From: Verrucomicrobiota bacterium
GTDB taxonomy: Bacteria; Verrucomicrobiota; Verrucomicrobiia; Limisphaerales; AAA164-E04
Length of the DNA: 64,000 bases
NCBI GenBank assembly: GCA_047947115.1
Contig: CP170459.1
Span: forward strand, 4,192,001 to 4,256,000
Direction of reading: 5' to 3'
Shown here piece by piece: positions 50,838 to 62,800 of this stretch (positions are counted from its first letter, which is position 1; the number at the start of each line of letters is the position of its first letter). The position numbers and the translations under genes are program-made. The notes beneath the pieces were generated by a model that was not told the origin of the DNA, did not search any database, and was given only the letters and a program-made list of their open reading frames with translations.

Positions 50838-50982
50838 ATGCAGCGTTTCTCCTGCAAGATCGGCGGTATGTGAATGAGTTGATGCAACCATGCTTTTATA
50901 AGCAATGTCATACCCAAGCCAAGGCGACAATTCAAGGGGCAGGCTCAAGTATTATTAGGGATAATAAATCTCTGTCACTGGA

Positions 50983-51534
50983 TCAATGATCGAGAATACG
51001 CGCAACCGCAGCTGTGAGGTCATCCACAATGATGCATGCATGCCGTTTGTCATTCATAGCCCGTTCCGTCTCGGAGCCATATCCGGTTCTCAATAGAATG
51101 GAAGCCTGAACACCTGCGTTCCAACCACATTCCACGTCACTCAGTTTGTCTCCGATCATGTAAGAATGTGCCAGGTTCAGATCAAATTCCGCAGCAGCAT
51201 CCAACAGGAACTGTGGCGAGGGTTTTCGCCCATAGCTGGGGATTTCCGGGGCTTCCGGCGCAAAATAGATCTTCTGAAAAGTGATGCCTTCCGGCCTGAG
51301 CACCGCTTCAAGCCGCTTGTTCACTCGATGCATGTCCTCTTCCGTGTAATATCCCCGTCCGATTCCGGACTGATTGGTCACCACAAACAATAAAAAATGG
51401 TTCTCTATGAGTCGTTGCAAGGAAGGAATGACATCCGGAAAAAGAACCAATTGATCGGGATCGCAGAGATAGGATTTCTCAATGTTCAACGTCCCGTCTC
51501 GATCCAGGAAAACAGCCTTGCGCGCGCTTATCAT
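50983..51534 (-). CDS. gmhB: D-glycero-D-manno-heptose 1,7-bisphosphate phosphatase
   Basis: FLDRDGT, VTNQSGIGRG, RKP, MIGDKLSD; overlaps the heptose kinase stop. Confidence 0.88.
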   Translation of the reverse strand: MISARKAVFLDRDGTLNIEKSYLCDPDQLVLFPDVIPSLQRLIENHFLLFVVTNQSGIGRGYYTEEDMHRVNKRLEAVLRPEGITFQKIYFAPEAPEIPSYGRKPSPQFLLDAAAEFDLNLAHSYMIGDKLSDVECGWNAGVQASILLRTGYGSETERAMNDKRHACIIVDDLTAAVARILDH

Positions 51535-52547
51535 GCTTCCGGAAAGGTGGCTAACAATTCATTCGTGGACGTGATTGCCGTCCCGACCTTCCCCACCACC
51601 ACACCCGAGGCATGATTGGCGATGGTAGCCGCTTCGATTGGAGACGCCCCCCCGGCAATTGCCACGGTAAAGGCTGCAATCGCTGTATCGCCGGCACCGG
51701 ACACATCGTAAACCTCTTGCGCAATGGTGGGGATATGGAAGGGTTTGCCTTTTCGGCTACACAAAAGCATACCGTGTTCCCCCAGGGTCACCAGCATCAT
51801 CGCGGGCTTGCACCGCTTCATCAAATGACGCACTACTTTCAACAAAGCCTCGTCCTTCAAAGGATCCTTTGGGCCGGGAGTCTCAGTCATTTGAGCCAAT
51901 GCAAAGGCTTCCTTGCGATTGGGAGTCATCAGCGACAGTCCATGCAGCCTCAACGCCCTTACGGGCTTGGGATCCATGCTCAACCAGATCCCCCGATCGC
52001 GGCACAATTCAGCCAGTCGATCCAATAATGCCTGGGTAACCACCCCTTTACCATAGTCACACAACACCACCGCCGCCACATCCGGCTTCAGTGCCTGTTC
52101 AATCTTGGTTATCAGTTTGGCAGTAAGCGATTCGTCCAAAAGCTCCTTCTGTTCACGATCAACCCGAACAATCTGCTGGCGCTGGGCAACGATACGTGTT
52201 TTTAATCCGGTCGCACGACTGGCGGATCGAATCAATCCCGAACAAAGCACTCCCCAGTTGCGCAGTTGTTCTTCCAATTGATCTCCCGCATCATCCCGAC
52301 CGATCACAGAGTAGGCAGAAGTATGAACATCCCAAGCGGTAAGATTGCGAGCCACATTGGCTCCGCCGCCCGGCATGTAGTTTTCACTTTGAAATTCAAG
52401 AACCGGCACCGGAGCTTCAGGCGAAATGCGTGAAACACTGCCCCAAATGAACTGATCCAGCATGACATCGCCAACTACCAGCACACGTTGCTTTCGGGCT
52501 TGTGCCAATATCTCCCTGACACGATCTCGTTGAAGGGGGGGATTCAT
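51531..52547 (-). CDS. rfaE1: D-glycero-beta-D-manno-heptose-7-phosphate kinase (stand-alone domain I)
   Basis: VGDVMLD, RISPEAPVPV, GGGANVA, DYGKG, TPNRKE, DVSGAGDT. Confidence 0.92.
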   Translation of the reverse strand: MNPPLQRDRVREILAQARKQRVLVVGDVMLDQFIWGSVSRISPEAPVPVLEFQSENYMPGGGANVARNLTAWDVHTSAYSVIGRDDAGDQLEEQLRNWGVLCSGLIRSASRATGLKTRIVAQRQQIVRVDREQKELLDESLTAKLITKIEQALKPDVAAVVLCDYGKGVVTQALLDRLAELCRDRGIWLSMDPKPVRALRLHGLSLMTPNRKEAFALAQMTETPGPKDPLKDEALLKVVRHLMKRCKPAMMLVTLGEHGMLLCSRKGKPFHIPTIAQEVYDVSGAGDTAIAAFTVAIAGGASPIEAATIANHASGVVVGKVGTAITSTNELLATFPEA

Positions 52548-52551
52548 AAAG

Positions 52552-53349
52552 TTACGAAGCTTCCAAAAACGCGGTCAAGGGACTCGTGGCACGGGCGGTT
52601 CTGGAAACAACGCCCACCCCGATTTCAAACGCTTCCCTGCCCGCCTCGACAGCTTTGCAGAAAGCTCGCGCCATCCTGACCGGATCTTCGCACACGGCCA
52701 TGGCGGTATTGATCAACACCGCATCCGCTCCCAATTCCATCGCTTCCGCAGCATGACTTGGCGCGCCTATTCCAGCGTCCACCACAACGGGCACCTGTGC
52801 TTGTTCAATGATGATCCTGATCTGATCCCGGGTTGCAATTCCCTGATTGGAACCAATGGGGGACCCCAAGGGCATCACCGTCGCAGTCCCCACTTCCTGC
52901 AGGCGTTTGGCGAGCACCGGGTCGGCATTAATATAAGGCAGTACGGTGAACCCCTCCTTCACCAACACCTCTGCCGCCTTGAGCGTTTCGATGGGATCAG
53001 GGAGTAAATACCGTGGATCCGGATGAATTTCGAGCTTTACCCATTTTGGCAAACCAGCCGCCACCGCCAGGCGCGCAAGGCGAACCGCTTCATCGGCATC
53101 CATCGCCCCGCTGGTATTGGGCAGCAACAGGTATTTTTGGGGATCAATAAACTCAAGGATATTGGCAAATGGATCACGGTTACCTGACAGATCGGCGCGC
53201 CGAAGTGCGACGGTCACGATTTCCGTTCCACTTGCGGCCAAGGCGTCCCGCATGGTTTCAGGGGACGCAAATTTACCCGTTCCCGCCAGTAGCCTGGATT
53301 GGAAACGACGATCAGCAATTTGAAGAAATGACTCTTTGGATTCGGTCAT
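52552..53349 (-). CDS. thiG: Thiazole synthase
   Basis: [40 protein letters not shown]. Confidence 0.95.
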   Translation of the reverse strand: MTESKESFLQIADRRFQSRLLAGTGKFASPETMRDALAASGTEIVTVALRRADLSGNRDPFANILEFIDPQKYLLLPNTSGAMDADEAVRLARLAVAAGLPKWVKLEIHPDPRYLLPDPIETLKAAEVLVKEGFTVLPYINADPVLAKRLQEVGTATVMPLGSPIGSNQGIATRDQIRIIIEQAQVPVVVDAGIGAPSHAAEAMELGADAVLINTAMAVCEDPVRMARAFCKAVEAGREAFEIGVGVVSRTARATSPLTAFLEAS

Positions 53350-53596
53350 GTGGCCCAAAGCCTAAGCCAAAAAACAAAAACGTCCAGTAACGATTGAAGA
53401 TGAAAATTTAAAAGCTGCCACCGCGTCAGGTAACTGAGATTGACCATTTCCGGCAGGGCTACGCTGCTGCGGGGCCGTGAACGCCCCAACGGTTTAAGAG
53501 TTTAAGAATGTCCGGCTCTATCCGAACACCCCACCGCACACATTGCAGGGCGTCCCTGTTAGCGCTGAACGCCCTCCATCAACAACCGGACTCACA

Positions 53597-55048
53597 CTAA
53601 TAATCCTCCCCGTTCAGGCTATCCACCACGGATCCCAACCAAGAGGCCAAGTCATTCCTCAGTCTTTCGACAGGAAATCGGCCATCTGCTCGCACCGGGC
53701 GTGAAAGCAAATCATCGGTTTCGGCAGGGTCGCTGTGCAGATTGTAAAGCTCCCAAGTTACCTGACTCTGCTTATTTTCGATGCGATGCAACTTCCAATC
53801 CCCATCAATCCAGGCGGAATGCCCGGGAAATTGATCATTTGGGTAACGGGGATCTGGCAACAGGGCTGCATTTTGGCTCGAAACGTGAGGTTCCAAGTCC
53901 CCACCGTTTTCCTGGGCATCCAGCAACTCACTCATCCACTGGGCCGAAGGCGTCCCAATACCCGGGGCAACATAGTCCCAGAACCCCATGCCTCCCCTGC
54001 GCTGACGATTCTTGTGATTCAAATAAGGGACCAGGCTCACTCCATCCAAAACCGTTTCGTGAGGTACAGGGATATCCAACCAATCCAGCAAAGTGGGAAA
54101 AATATCGCTGGTCGTGGCACGAACTTGAATGGCAGTAGGTTGTTTGATTCGATCAGGCCATTCCAAAAACGCCGGAACCCGCAGGCCTCCTTCGTAAACC
54201 TTGCTCTTGTTTCCTCGATAACCAGCGGTGGAACCAACTTTTGGAAGGGCTCCATTGTCGCTGCAATACCAAAGAATGGTATTATCCCTCACGCCAAGGG
54301 CTTCCAACCTGTTCCGCAGGGTCCCGAAAGCACGGTCCATTCCGGTCACTTCGCCAAAGAAATGTTTCAAGGCGTCGGGCTGATCCTTGTATAAAGCCTG
54401 ATCCGCCTCGATGGCACGATGAGGCCCATGCGGAGAACCAAACCAGATCACGGCAAAAAAAGGCCTGTCCCCCTCGGTTTGATCCTGAATCCAGTCAACA
54501 GCCAGATTGACCGCCAATTCAGAGCTTTCACCATGATGTTGCACGGCTTTGCCCTGATGGCTGAGTATTGGATCATTATCGTAAAAATTGGGAGCCGAAA
54601 CCCAGTAATCAAAACCATTGGCACCAGGATTTGCCGGACTGCTTTGCCGCACCGACCCCAGATGCCATTTCCCAAAATGCGCGGTCGCATATCCATTCTC
54701 CCTCAACACCTCTGCAATGGTTGTCTCCTGCGGACGCATTGGGTATCCCCATTTGAAAACTCCCATTCGATTTGGATGCCGCCCCGTCATGACACTGGCT
54801 CGAGTCGGAGAACAAACCGGGGCAGCAGCGTAAAACTGGTCAAACCGTATACCACTCCTCGAAGCCTTGTCAAAATGAGGAGTCTTGATGAAAGGATGCC
54901 CGGTGTATCCCATGTCGCCATACCCCTGGTCATCAGCCATGACCAAAACTATGTTGGGACGATCACTGGCCGATAGAGTGAAACAACAAACACCCCCCAA
55001 TCCAAGCACCAGCGCCAACGGTAACAAAGTGGATTTCATAAATACCAT
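53597..55048 (-). CDS. Sulfatase (S1 family)
   Basis: PNIVLVMADDQG, CSPTRASVMTGR, GKWHLG, SDNG, YEGGLRVP. Confidence 0.93.
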   Translation of the reverse strand: MVFMKSTLLPLALVLGLGGVCCFTLSASDRPNIVLVMADDQGYGDMGYTGHPFIKTPHFDKASRSGIRFDQFYAAAPVCSPTRASVMTGRHPNRMGVFKWGYPMRPQETTIAEVLRENGYATAHFGKWHLGSVRQSSPANPGANGFDYWVSAPNFYDNDPILSHQGKAVQHHGESSELAVNLAVDWIQDQTEGDRPFFAVIWFGSPHGPHRAIEADQALYKDQPDALKHFFGEVTGMDRAFGTLRNRLEALGVRDNTILWYCSDNGALPKVGSTAGYRGNKSKVYEGGLRVPAFLEWPDRIKQPTAIQVRATTSDIFPTLLDWLDIPVPHETVLDGVSLVPYLNHKNRQRRGGMGFWDYVAPGIGTPSAQWMSELLDAQENGGDLEPHVSSQNAALLPDPRYPNDQFPGHSAWIDGDWKLHRIENKQSQVTWELYNLHSDPAETDDLLSRPVRADGRFPVERLRNDLASWLGSVVDSLNGEDY

Positions 55049-55256
55049 CCAACCTCACCCATGAAAGTTTGCAAGTGAAAACCAGAATCTCAATGAGATC
55101 TGATGACAAAACACAGCAAATCAATGATCCTGGACAATCCGGTCTTGGGCACAGGTGGCTTCTCCAAAAACTGTTCTACTTACCCGGTCCGGCGAAAGGG
55201 AACCGAATCATCCCAATCTGCATCCCAAACTAATCCGGTTCATCCTGTTCAAAAAA

Positions 55257-56054
<798 letters not shown>

Positions 56055-56084
56055 ATCAATCCTTTTTAATCCACGGATACATTC

Positions 56085-58613
56085 TCAAGGTGCCACCAAT
56101 CTGAAGAACGTATTTCCTTCTTCGATGGACATGGTGACCACATTTTGATCACCGATAACTTCAGCCACGGCTCCCACGTCGGTCCAGGCTCCATTCAAAT
56201 TGTCCGTTTGCTGAAGCACAAACGACGACGCTGCAGCGGGCCAACTGAGTTGAAGATTACCTCCATCTGCGAGTTGATAAGCCAGCATGACATCAGCCGG
56301 TTGTGGTTCGGGCGGAACGAAATCGCCTTTGACGATGTGGATATCGTCCAGCAGCAATGTGTGATCACCTTGAGGGTTGGTATCAAACTGCAACATACCG
56401 TCCGGGAACGCAGGAACGAAGGTGTGATAGCGAAGGTGAAAAGGATTGTTCCCACCCACAGGAAGCACTTCTTCTTCATGCAGGATTTCCTCATCAAAGC
56501 TGACGGCATAGGCTGTCACACCGCCTTCCCCACAACAGTTACGTGCATTGACGTAGTAATACAGGGTGTATGTCTCCCCAGCTTCCAATCCTTCAACAAA
56601 CTGGCTCATACTGGAGGCATTTTGAATGAACAACACAGAATCCTGATCCAACCCGGCGCCATTGTCGGAGAAAGGTCCTTGACCGGTTACATTGACCCCG
56701 CGTCCACCTGATGTGAAGTCCCATCCGGCCATGTTCGCCGGTTGGACATAACCCACCCCGACAGGACTTCCGCTAGCCTCGAAACTTGGATTTTTGATCA
56801 CCACTTCATCTTCGCCCCGTGGAACGATATTGACTGCATCCAGCAAGATGGCGGCATCACCCTCGGCGGTTGTTTCAAACTCCAGCAAACCGCCGGATGC
56901 GGAGGCTTTGAAAGGAATGTTTTGGAAATAATACATCTCCAAACCTTCTGCAATGGCAGGGAAAACGTCTTCAATACTCCACAACTCTTCTCCCGCCAAA
57001 CGCACTGCCAGATCAATCGTACCTCCGCAGCAGTCCCTTGAGTTGTAATAAAACTGCAACCAGTACGATTCACCCGCTTTGAGTCCGTTTAGTTCCTGGG
57101 ATAGTATCTGACTCCCCTGAAGCACGGCGACTTGTCTGCGATCAGGAATCGCCCCGTTATCATGGAAAGGACCTGCGGCAGGATTGAGTCCGGTTCCTCC
57201 CGTCCAGGAAACAATGGGACCGGCACCAATACCGGGAGGAGCGTCATTGCTTTCAAAGCTGGCATTCCGCACGATGGAACTGACGACATTGACGCGCGTG
57301 TCATTGGTAATCTCAAGCCCATTGGGGGGTCCCACCAACATCCGTGCAGCACCTCGGCCAACACCGACGACCTCGATCACTTTGACGTTGTCGCCGCCCT
57401 TTTCAAATTCAACCACCAGGGTGCCCTCTTCATTGGCTCCCACCAGATTTGCGACTCCCGGGTTGGGACTGGTCATGCTTAATTGCCCCGATTTCAGAGC
57501 GATGTATTCAGCAGGTACCGTCACGGTAATCTCTCCTTTTTGTCCGGGAGCCAACTCCAAAGCGGGTGGTGTGATTTCGACCGGAGGAAAGGATTGTCCA
57601 AGTTCTCCTATCAGGTGAATCGAATCCAACAAAAGGGTATGATCACCTTCATCGGTTTGTCGAAAGCTGAGCAGTTTCTGAACATCATCCGCGACAAAAC
57701 TGATATTCGCCGTTTCGTAACCCTTGTTACCCACGACAGGCGAGACGCTCCTTTGAAAGACTTCTTCTTCCCCAAGGAACACGGACAATTGTGGGTTATC
57801 ACCGGATCGGGCATTGTATTCGAAACTCAATTCATAACTGTTCCCAACCACCAGATTGTCGAGTGTCTGGCTCAGAGATCCGGGTCCGGAAATGAATCCG
57901 ACAAAATCCGGTTCGGAAGAGCGTCCGTTATCGGCATAGGGGCCAAAACCATCGAGGTTGACACCATAGATCCCCTCACCGGTCCAACCGGCCATGCCAG
58001 CCGGACTGATGATTCCGTCCGGATCCAGCGTTTCACCGCTGGCATCGAAACTGGGGTTCATCACTGGCACTTCATCCTTACTGCGTTGAATAATACTCAC
58101 CGCATCCAGGTTGACGGTGGCATCGCCGTTGGCCACGGTCTCAAACCTGATCACACCCGCATCAAACTCGGGTACAAAGGCAATGTTCCTAAATTTGTAG
58201 GGATTCCCATCAGTGGACGCCCGAACGTTGTTGATACGATCCAATTCCACATCGTCCAGTTTCACGATCAGGTCAATCGTTCCGCCACAGCAGGCACGTG
58301 CATCATAAAAAAATTGCAGCCAACTGGTTTCACCAGGAACCAAGCCGAATACTTCCTGCGACAAGGAAGTAGTACCTTGCATAAAAACAGCGCGTGTTTG
58401 ATCAGGGATCGGCGTCCCTCCGTTGTGAAACGGACCATCCGCCTGATTCACACCCGAGCCTCCGTTCCATTCGTCTATTTCACCGTAATGAGGCCAGGTT
58501 TCCGGGTAATTGAATTCGAAACTGGAATTCAGGAAGAGGCTTTGAGCAAATCCCATTGAGCTTTGTGCCAGCAAGGCAACGATCCCCAATCTTGCTAGTG
58601 TTTTCTTGTTCAT
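56085..58613 (-). CDS. Secreted protein with four DUF642/CBM-like beta-sandwich repeats and C-terminal FFR domain
   Basis: Signal peptide; four NxSF(E/D)...GP(F/Y)..NG...LD repeats; ends NTFFRLVAP. Confidence 0.75.
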   Translation of the reverse strand: MNKKTLARLGIVALLAQSSMGFAQSLFLNSSFEFNYPETWPHYGEIDEWNGGSGVNQADGPFHNGGTPIPDQTRAVFMQGTTSLSQEVFGLVPGETSWLQFFYDARACCGGTIDLIVKLDDVELDRINNVRASTDGNPYKFRNIAFVPEFDAGVIRFETVANGDATVNLDAVSIIQRSKDEVPVMNPSFDASGETLDPDGIISPAGMAGWTGEGIYGVNLDGFGPYADNGRSSEPDFVGFISGPGSLSQTLDNLVVGNSYELSFEYNARSGDNPQLSVFLGEEEVFQRSVSPVVGNKGYETANISFVADDVQKLLSFRQTDEGDHTLLLDSIHLIGELGQSFPPVEITPPALELAPGQKGEITVTVPAEYIALKSGQLSMTSPNPGVANLVGANEEGTLVVEFEKGGDNVKVIEVVGVGRGAARMLVGPPNGLEITNDTRVNVVSSIVRNASFESNDAPPGIGAGPIVSWTGGTGLNPAAGPFHDNGAIPDRRQVAVLQGSQILSQELNGLKAGESYWLQFYYNSRDCCGGTIDLAVRLAGEELWSIEDVFPAIAEGLEMYYFQNIPFKASASGGLLEFETTAEGDAAILLDAVNIVPRGEDEVVIKNPSFEASGSPVGVGYVQPANMAGWDFTSGGRGVNVTGQGPFSDNGAGLDQDSVLFIQNASSMSQFVEGLEAGETYTLYYYVNARNCCGEGGVTAYAVSFDEEILHEEEVLPVGGNNPFHLRYHTFVPAFPDGMLQFDTNPQGDHTLLLDDIHIVKGDFVPPEPQPADVMLAYQLADGGNLQLSWPAAASSFVLQQTDNLNGAWTDVGAVAEVIGDQNVVTMSIEEGNTFFRLVAP

Positions 58614-58654
58614 GATGGTCTCGTTATTATGGATTTCTTATAAGATAAATTAAA

Positions 58655-59449
58655 TCAACGAATCGTATTGGGCTTCTTGAAATCCATGATCACCTGATTG
58701 GTGGCTTGCGATGGTTTCATGGCGCTGATGTGGGCATCCATGAACAGAATATTGGCCGCGCCATCCGGATGCTCACTTCCGTGTTTGTAACCGACATCAT
58801 AAGTTCCATTAGGTTGTGCTCCAATGAGGATCACCGCAGGATGATTGAGGTCATATGAAATATCCGATACCAGGTGTGTATTGGCCGGATTCGGAACCGA
58901 AGAAAGTTTGGCGGTGTTGGATGACGGGAAATCTCCAGAGTTATTGGGGAAATTGGACGAAGTATGCTGATTCATTCCGTAACTGATCTTCCACGGATTC
59001 CCCTGCCCGTTGTAATGTTTGAATCCACGCCAATGGTTTTCCCGCATTCGAATCGGGCAAATGGAAACGCCATTGGTGAAATTCATTCCCTCCTGCCCTG
59101 CATCAAACTTTTGACGTCCATAATATGGAACCAGAAGCGCCTCAAAATTATTGATGTTGGCATTGTGAATAAACGTGTTTTCACCATGCCCCCAGGCGTA
59201 GGGCAGCTTATCATCATTGTCATCCGCATACATCACCGTGGCAATCCCCATCTGTTTGAGATTGCTGATGCACTTGGTCGCATAAGCTTTTTGCTTAGCC
59301 TTGCTCAGCGCCGGCAACAGCATTCCGGCAAGAATGGCAATAATGGCGATCACCACCAGAAGTTCAATAAGGGTGAAACCCCTTTTCTGCCGAGGTTGCC
59401 ATGTATACAACGGTACAGAACCCGCCTGACTGTCATGACAGTTTTTCAT
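58655..59449 (-). CDS. Prepilin-type N-terminal cleavage/methylation protein (H-X9-DG variant)
   Basis: [52 protein letters not shown]. Confidence 0.92.
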   Translation of the reverse strand: MKNCHDSQAGSVPLYTWQPRQKRGFTLIELLVVIAIIAILAGMLLPALSKAKQKAYATKCISNLKQMGIATVMYADDNDDKLPYAWGHGENTFIHNANINNFEALLVPYYGRQKFDAGQEGMNFTNGVSICPIRMRENHWRGFKHYNGQGNPWKISYGMNQHTSSNFPNNSGDFPSSNTAKLSSVPNPANTHLVSDISYDLNHPAVILIGAQPNGTYDVGYKHGSEHPDGAANILFMDAHISAMKPSQATNQVIMDFKKPNTIR

Positions 59450-59880
59450 GGAATGAACACATGAAACTCCTTCAATATCGGGACGTCAAGGTCAATCACA
59501 AGCCTTTCACACACATGGGGCGCAGTTCATTTTTTAGACAATGGAGGGGAGAGTTCCACCTCGCCCCAAACTTTCCCCTTGAAAACGTTCCTGAGCAAAA
59601 GGAATGGAACACGGGGAAACTATTGTTCATCGATTGACTGAGGTGTTTCCATTGCAGCTTGAAAAGGTTCCCAAAGCACCGAGGTTTGTATTGGGTGTAA
59701 GACGGAGCTTACCCCTCCGATAGTGGATTTCTATTTTTTGAACTGCACCCAACATCCTCACAATTTGATAACTTGGCATGATCATCACAACACCTACGAC
59801 ATTTGCCGAATGAATTTGGAACGGATCGTGCTGTATATTATGGCAAATTTGGAAAGTCACAACCAAAGCCAAGGAGTGTC

Positions 59881-62800
59881 ATGAAGGAAGACAAATACCA
59901 CCATACTTTGTTTCGGTCAGCCACCTGTTCAGTGGTGATCCTTTTTCAATGCTTTTCCAGCTTTGCACAAGTTACGGACGTAAATGTCTCACTGAAAAAC
60001 ATCACGCCTCAGGAAATGATTGAAGGGGATGATGGCGATCGAGTCATTGAAATCCTTCCACAGTTACAGAAAAGCCTCCCATTCCCCGTCGTAGTGGGCA
60101 TCACCACTCGGCCACAAACCGCCACCAGCATCGAAGACTACACACCGATATCAAAAACCGCCACGTTTCCCGCAGGCAGAATTCACACAGGGCTTCCCCG
60201 CCCTGAATCCTCCGGGGATGCCCTCGCCCGGCTGATCAACATCGAGCGCGGTTTCGGTATGGAGATGCTGGCGGATATCACCCGCCCTACATCCCTGGCC
60301 ATCTCAAGAAATCAACCGGATTTTGAAGAGGGCGTCTATGTGGCACAAACCATGCACAACAACGACACGAAACCCGATCAGATCTTCCACGTATCATTCG
60401 ACGGCACTTCAGTGAAAACTTTTGTATCGTTGCTCCCTGAAGCGGATCCGACCGGATTGGATTTCGCTCCTCTGGACGGACCGTTCAAACCGGGACTTTA
60501 CGTGAGTTCGAACAATCGTGACGGGGGACGTCCAGGAGACTGGGGTGGCACCATACAATGGATCGATTCAGAACAGAACATCGTCGATTTCACAGGCATC
60601 GGCACACCCAACGGACCGGGTGAACCGGGTGAATTGGCCTTTGGCACACACGGTTGGATGCGCGACCTGCTTCTGGTCGTCAACTCGGTAGGCAGCCCGG
60701 CCGATATTTTGAACATCTCTTTTGATGGAGAACTGGAACCACTGTTCAGTGATGGATTATTCGATCAAAGCAATGCAGGAAATGCTTTCCGATCCCTGGC
60801 GATACCTCCCGAGGACAGTCCCTTTGGAGATTGGGTTTACATGGGCGAGTTTGGACGGGACTGTGTCTGCATTCAACGGTGGCACCCTGAACGTGGATTG
60901 AAACCGTTCGTCTCAAACCTCGAAGGATCGCCACATGGCATGGCATTTACATCTGGCAGCCTGTTTGGAAACAACCTTTACGTAGCCATTGATCTCGGGA
61001 ATGAGGGCAAAGTGCTCCGCATTGATTCCAACGGAACCATCTCGGAATTCATCTCGGGTTTGCAGGGGTTCCTATATGGAAACGGCAAAGATGTCCTGCA
61101 ATTTGACGAAGAACATGAACTTCTCTATGTGAGCGACTACTACGGACACCGGATCTATCGAATAGGTGAAGAGGAAGGACCACTGGAAGTAACCATCCAC
61201 GGGGACAAAACACCAGAACCAGACGAAACCCTGCTGGTCGAAATGAACACGTCGAATAATGATGTCCTCCTCCAGATCCCTGTAACCATCCTGAATGATG
61301 ATGGAGCCATCCCTGAACCTGAACCCGAACCCGAACCCGAACCTGAGCTTCCACCGGTAATTATTCCGACATTACACATCGCTTTTGAAACGCCATTGAA
61401 TCGGCAATCATTCGAGATGGATTTCACTCAGTCCCCAGCGTTTGCCAGGATCCCCATAAGCCTCAATGTTAAGGGAACCGCGCGAGAACCGACCGTAACG
61501 GTATTTGTGAATGAGCAACGCATCCAAACATTCACTTCGCCTCCGTATACCACCCAATGGGAGACGGAACAAATCGGCGAATATTTGCTGACCGCCATTG
61601 CAGAGGATGGAAATGGACATCAGGTCACCGCAACACCCATCCGAATCCAGGTTGCCCAAAGTTCCGGAAACATATTCATCATCGAAGAAGCCCGGGATCT
61701 CCAGAGTGAACGCATGCAAGCTGCACTCTTCGAAATGGGTTTGACCGGTTGGTCCGTCCACCCAAGCTCCATCTCTGCCGAATGGCTTTCAAAGGCAGAT
61801 TTGGTGATCTGGAAACAATCACTGCGGGACTCGGCTGATCATCCGGAACTGGCGACAACATTGCTGCATGCACAAGCTGCAGGAATGCCTTTATACGTCC
61901 TGACAGATGCACCTGCATTGAACAATCCCACCCCGCTCTTCCCTCTGCCAGCGTGGACAGAACTGACAGGAATACCTCAGCTCGACATGTATCCGGCACA
62001 AAACCAAACGCTCCTGCCTGCATTGGATTTGGCACATGCATTTCTTCAGGGGCAATACGGGAATGTCAAAGACATCCAGCCGCAGACACCGATTTACCAT
62101 ACATCTGCACATCCCCAATTTGACACTCGTATTCTAAACACCGATGCCGACCACTTTGCCATGGCTGCTTCTGATCCATTCAACACATCAACTCCCCATC
62201 AAGATCGCATGGTGGTCCAGTTGTTCCCCGTGTTTCCGGACGTACCATCTGGAGACAGGTCGGGTCAGACATCCCTGTTTCAAAACACGGTTTGTTGGCT
62301 GCTCCATTGCACGCCGTGTGAAAACATGGATCTCGCACTGAGCAGTCGCAACCAGGAACCAGACATTTCCCAAGGCAACTCATGGGAAACAGAATTCACA
62401 CTTCAGCACGTAGGCGAATGTGTCGCATCGGGTGTGTATGTCGATTTTGCGTGGAGCGACCACTTGACCGCGACAGAACTGGTTTCTGAAACAGGATGGC
62501 AAGAACACCTCCCCCACACCATTCGTTTACACCTCGGAACCGTGGCCAGCGCCAGCAGACATTTGTTTGTATTAAAGATGAAAGGCCAGGCCGATCAAAC
62601 CGGGTTTGTGACCGCCACGGTTCATGCATCCAACGGAGAGGCTATCCGGGAAAATAATCTAACATGGAGCGGCATCGCGATTGAGGAACCGGAGCCTTGG
62701 TTGAGAGCCATCATGCTTCCGGGAGACATTCCAGCCTTGATCCTTCCCTCGAACCTTGATCTTTCCAAACCCATCAACCTTCAATGGTCCATGGATCTTC

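Noticed and set aside
51220..51275. GmhB lacking the Zn-binding cysteines as a novelty
   Set aside because: Zn-free GmhB variants are known and the catalytic motifs are intact.
53350..53596. TPP riboswitch upstream of thiG
   Set aside because: No CTGAGA / CCTGA..TAATGC-type core on the thiG strand; only degenerate REP-like sequence is present.
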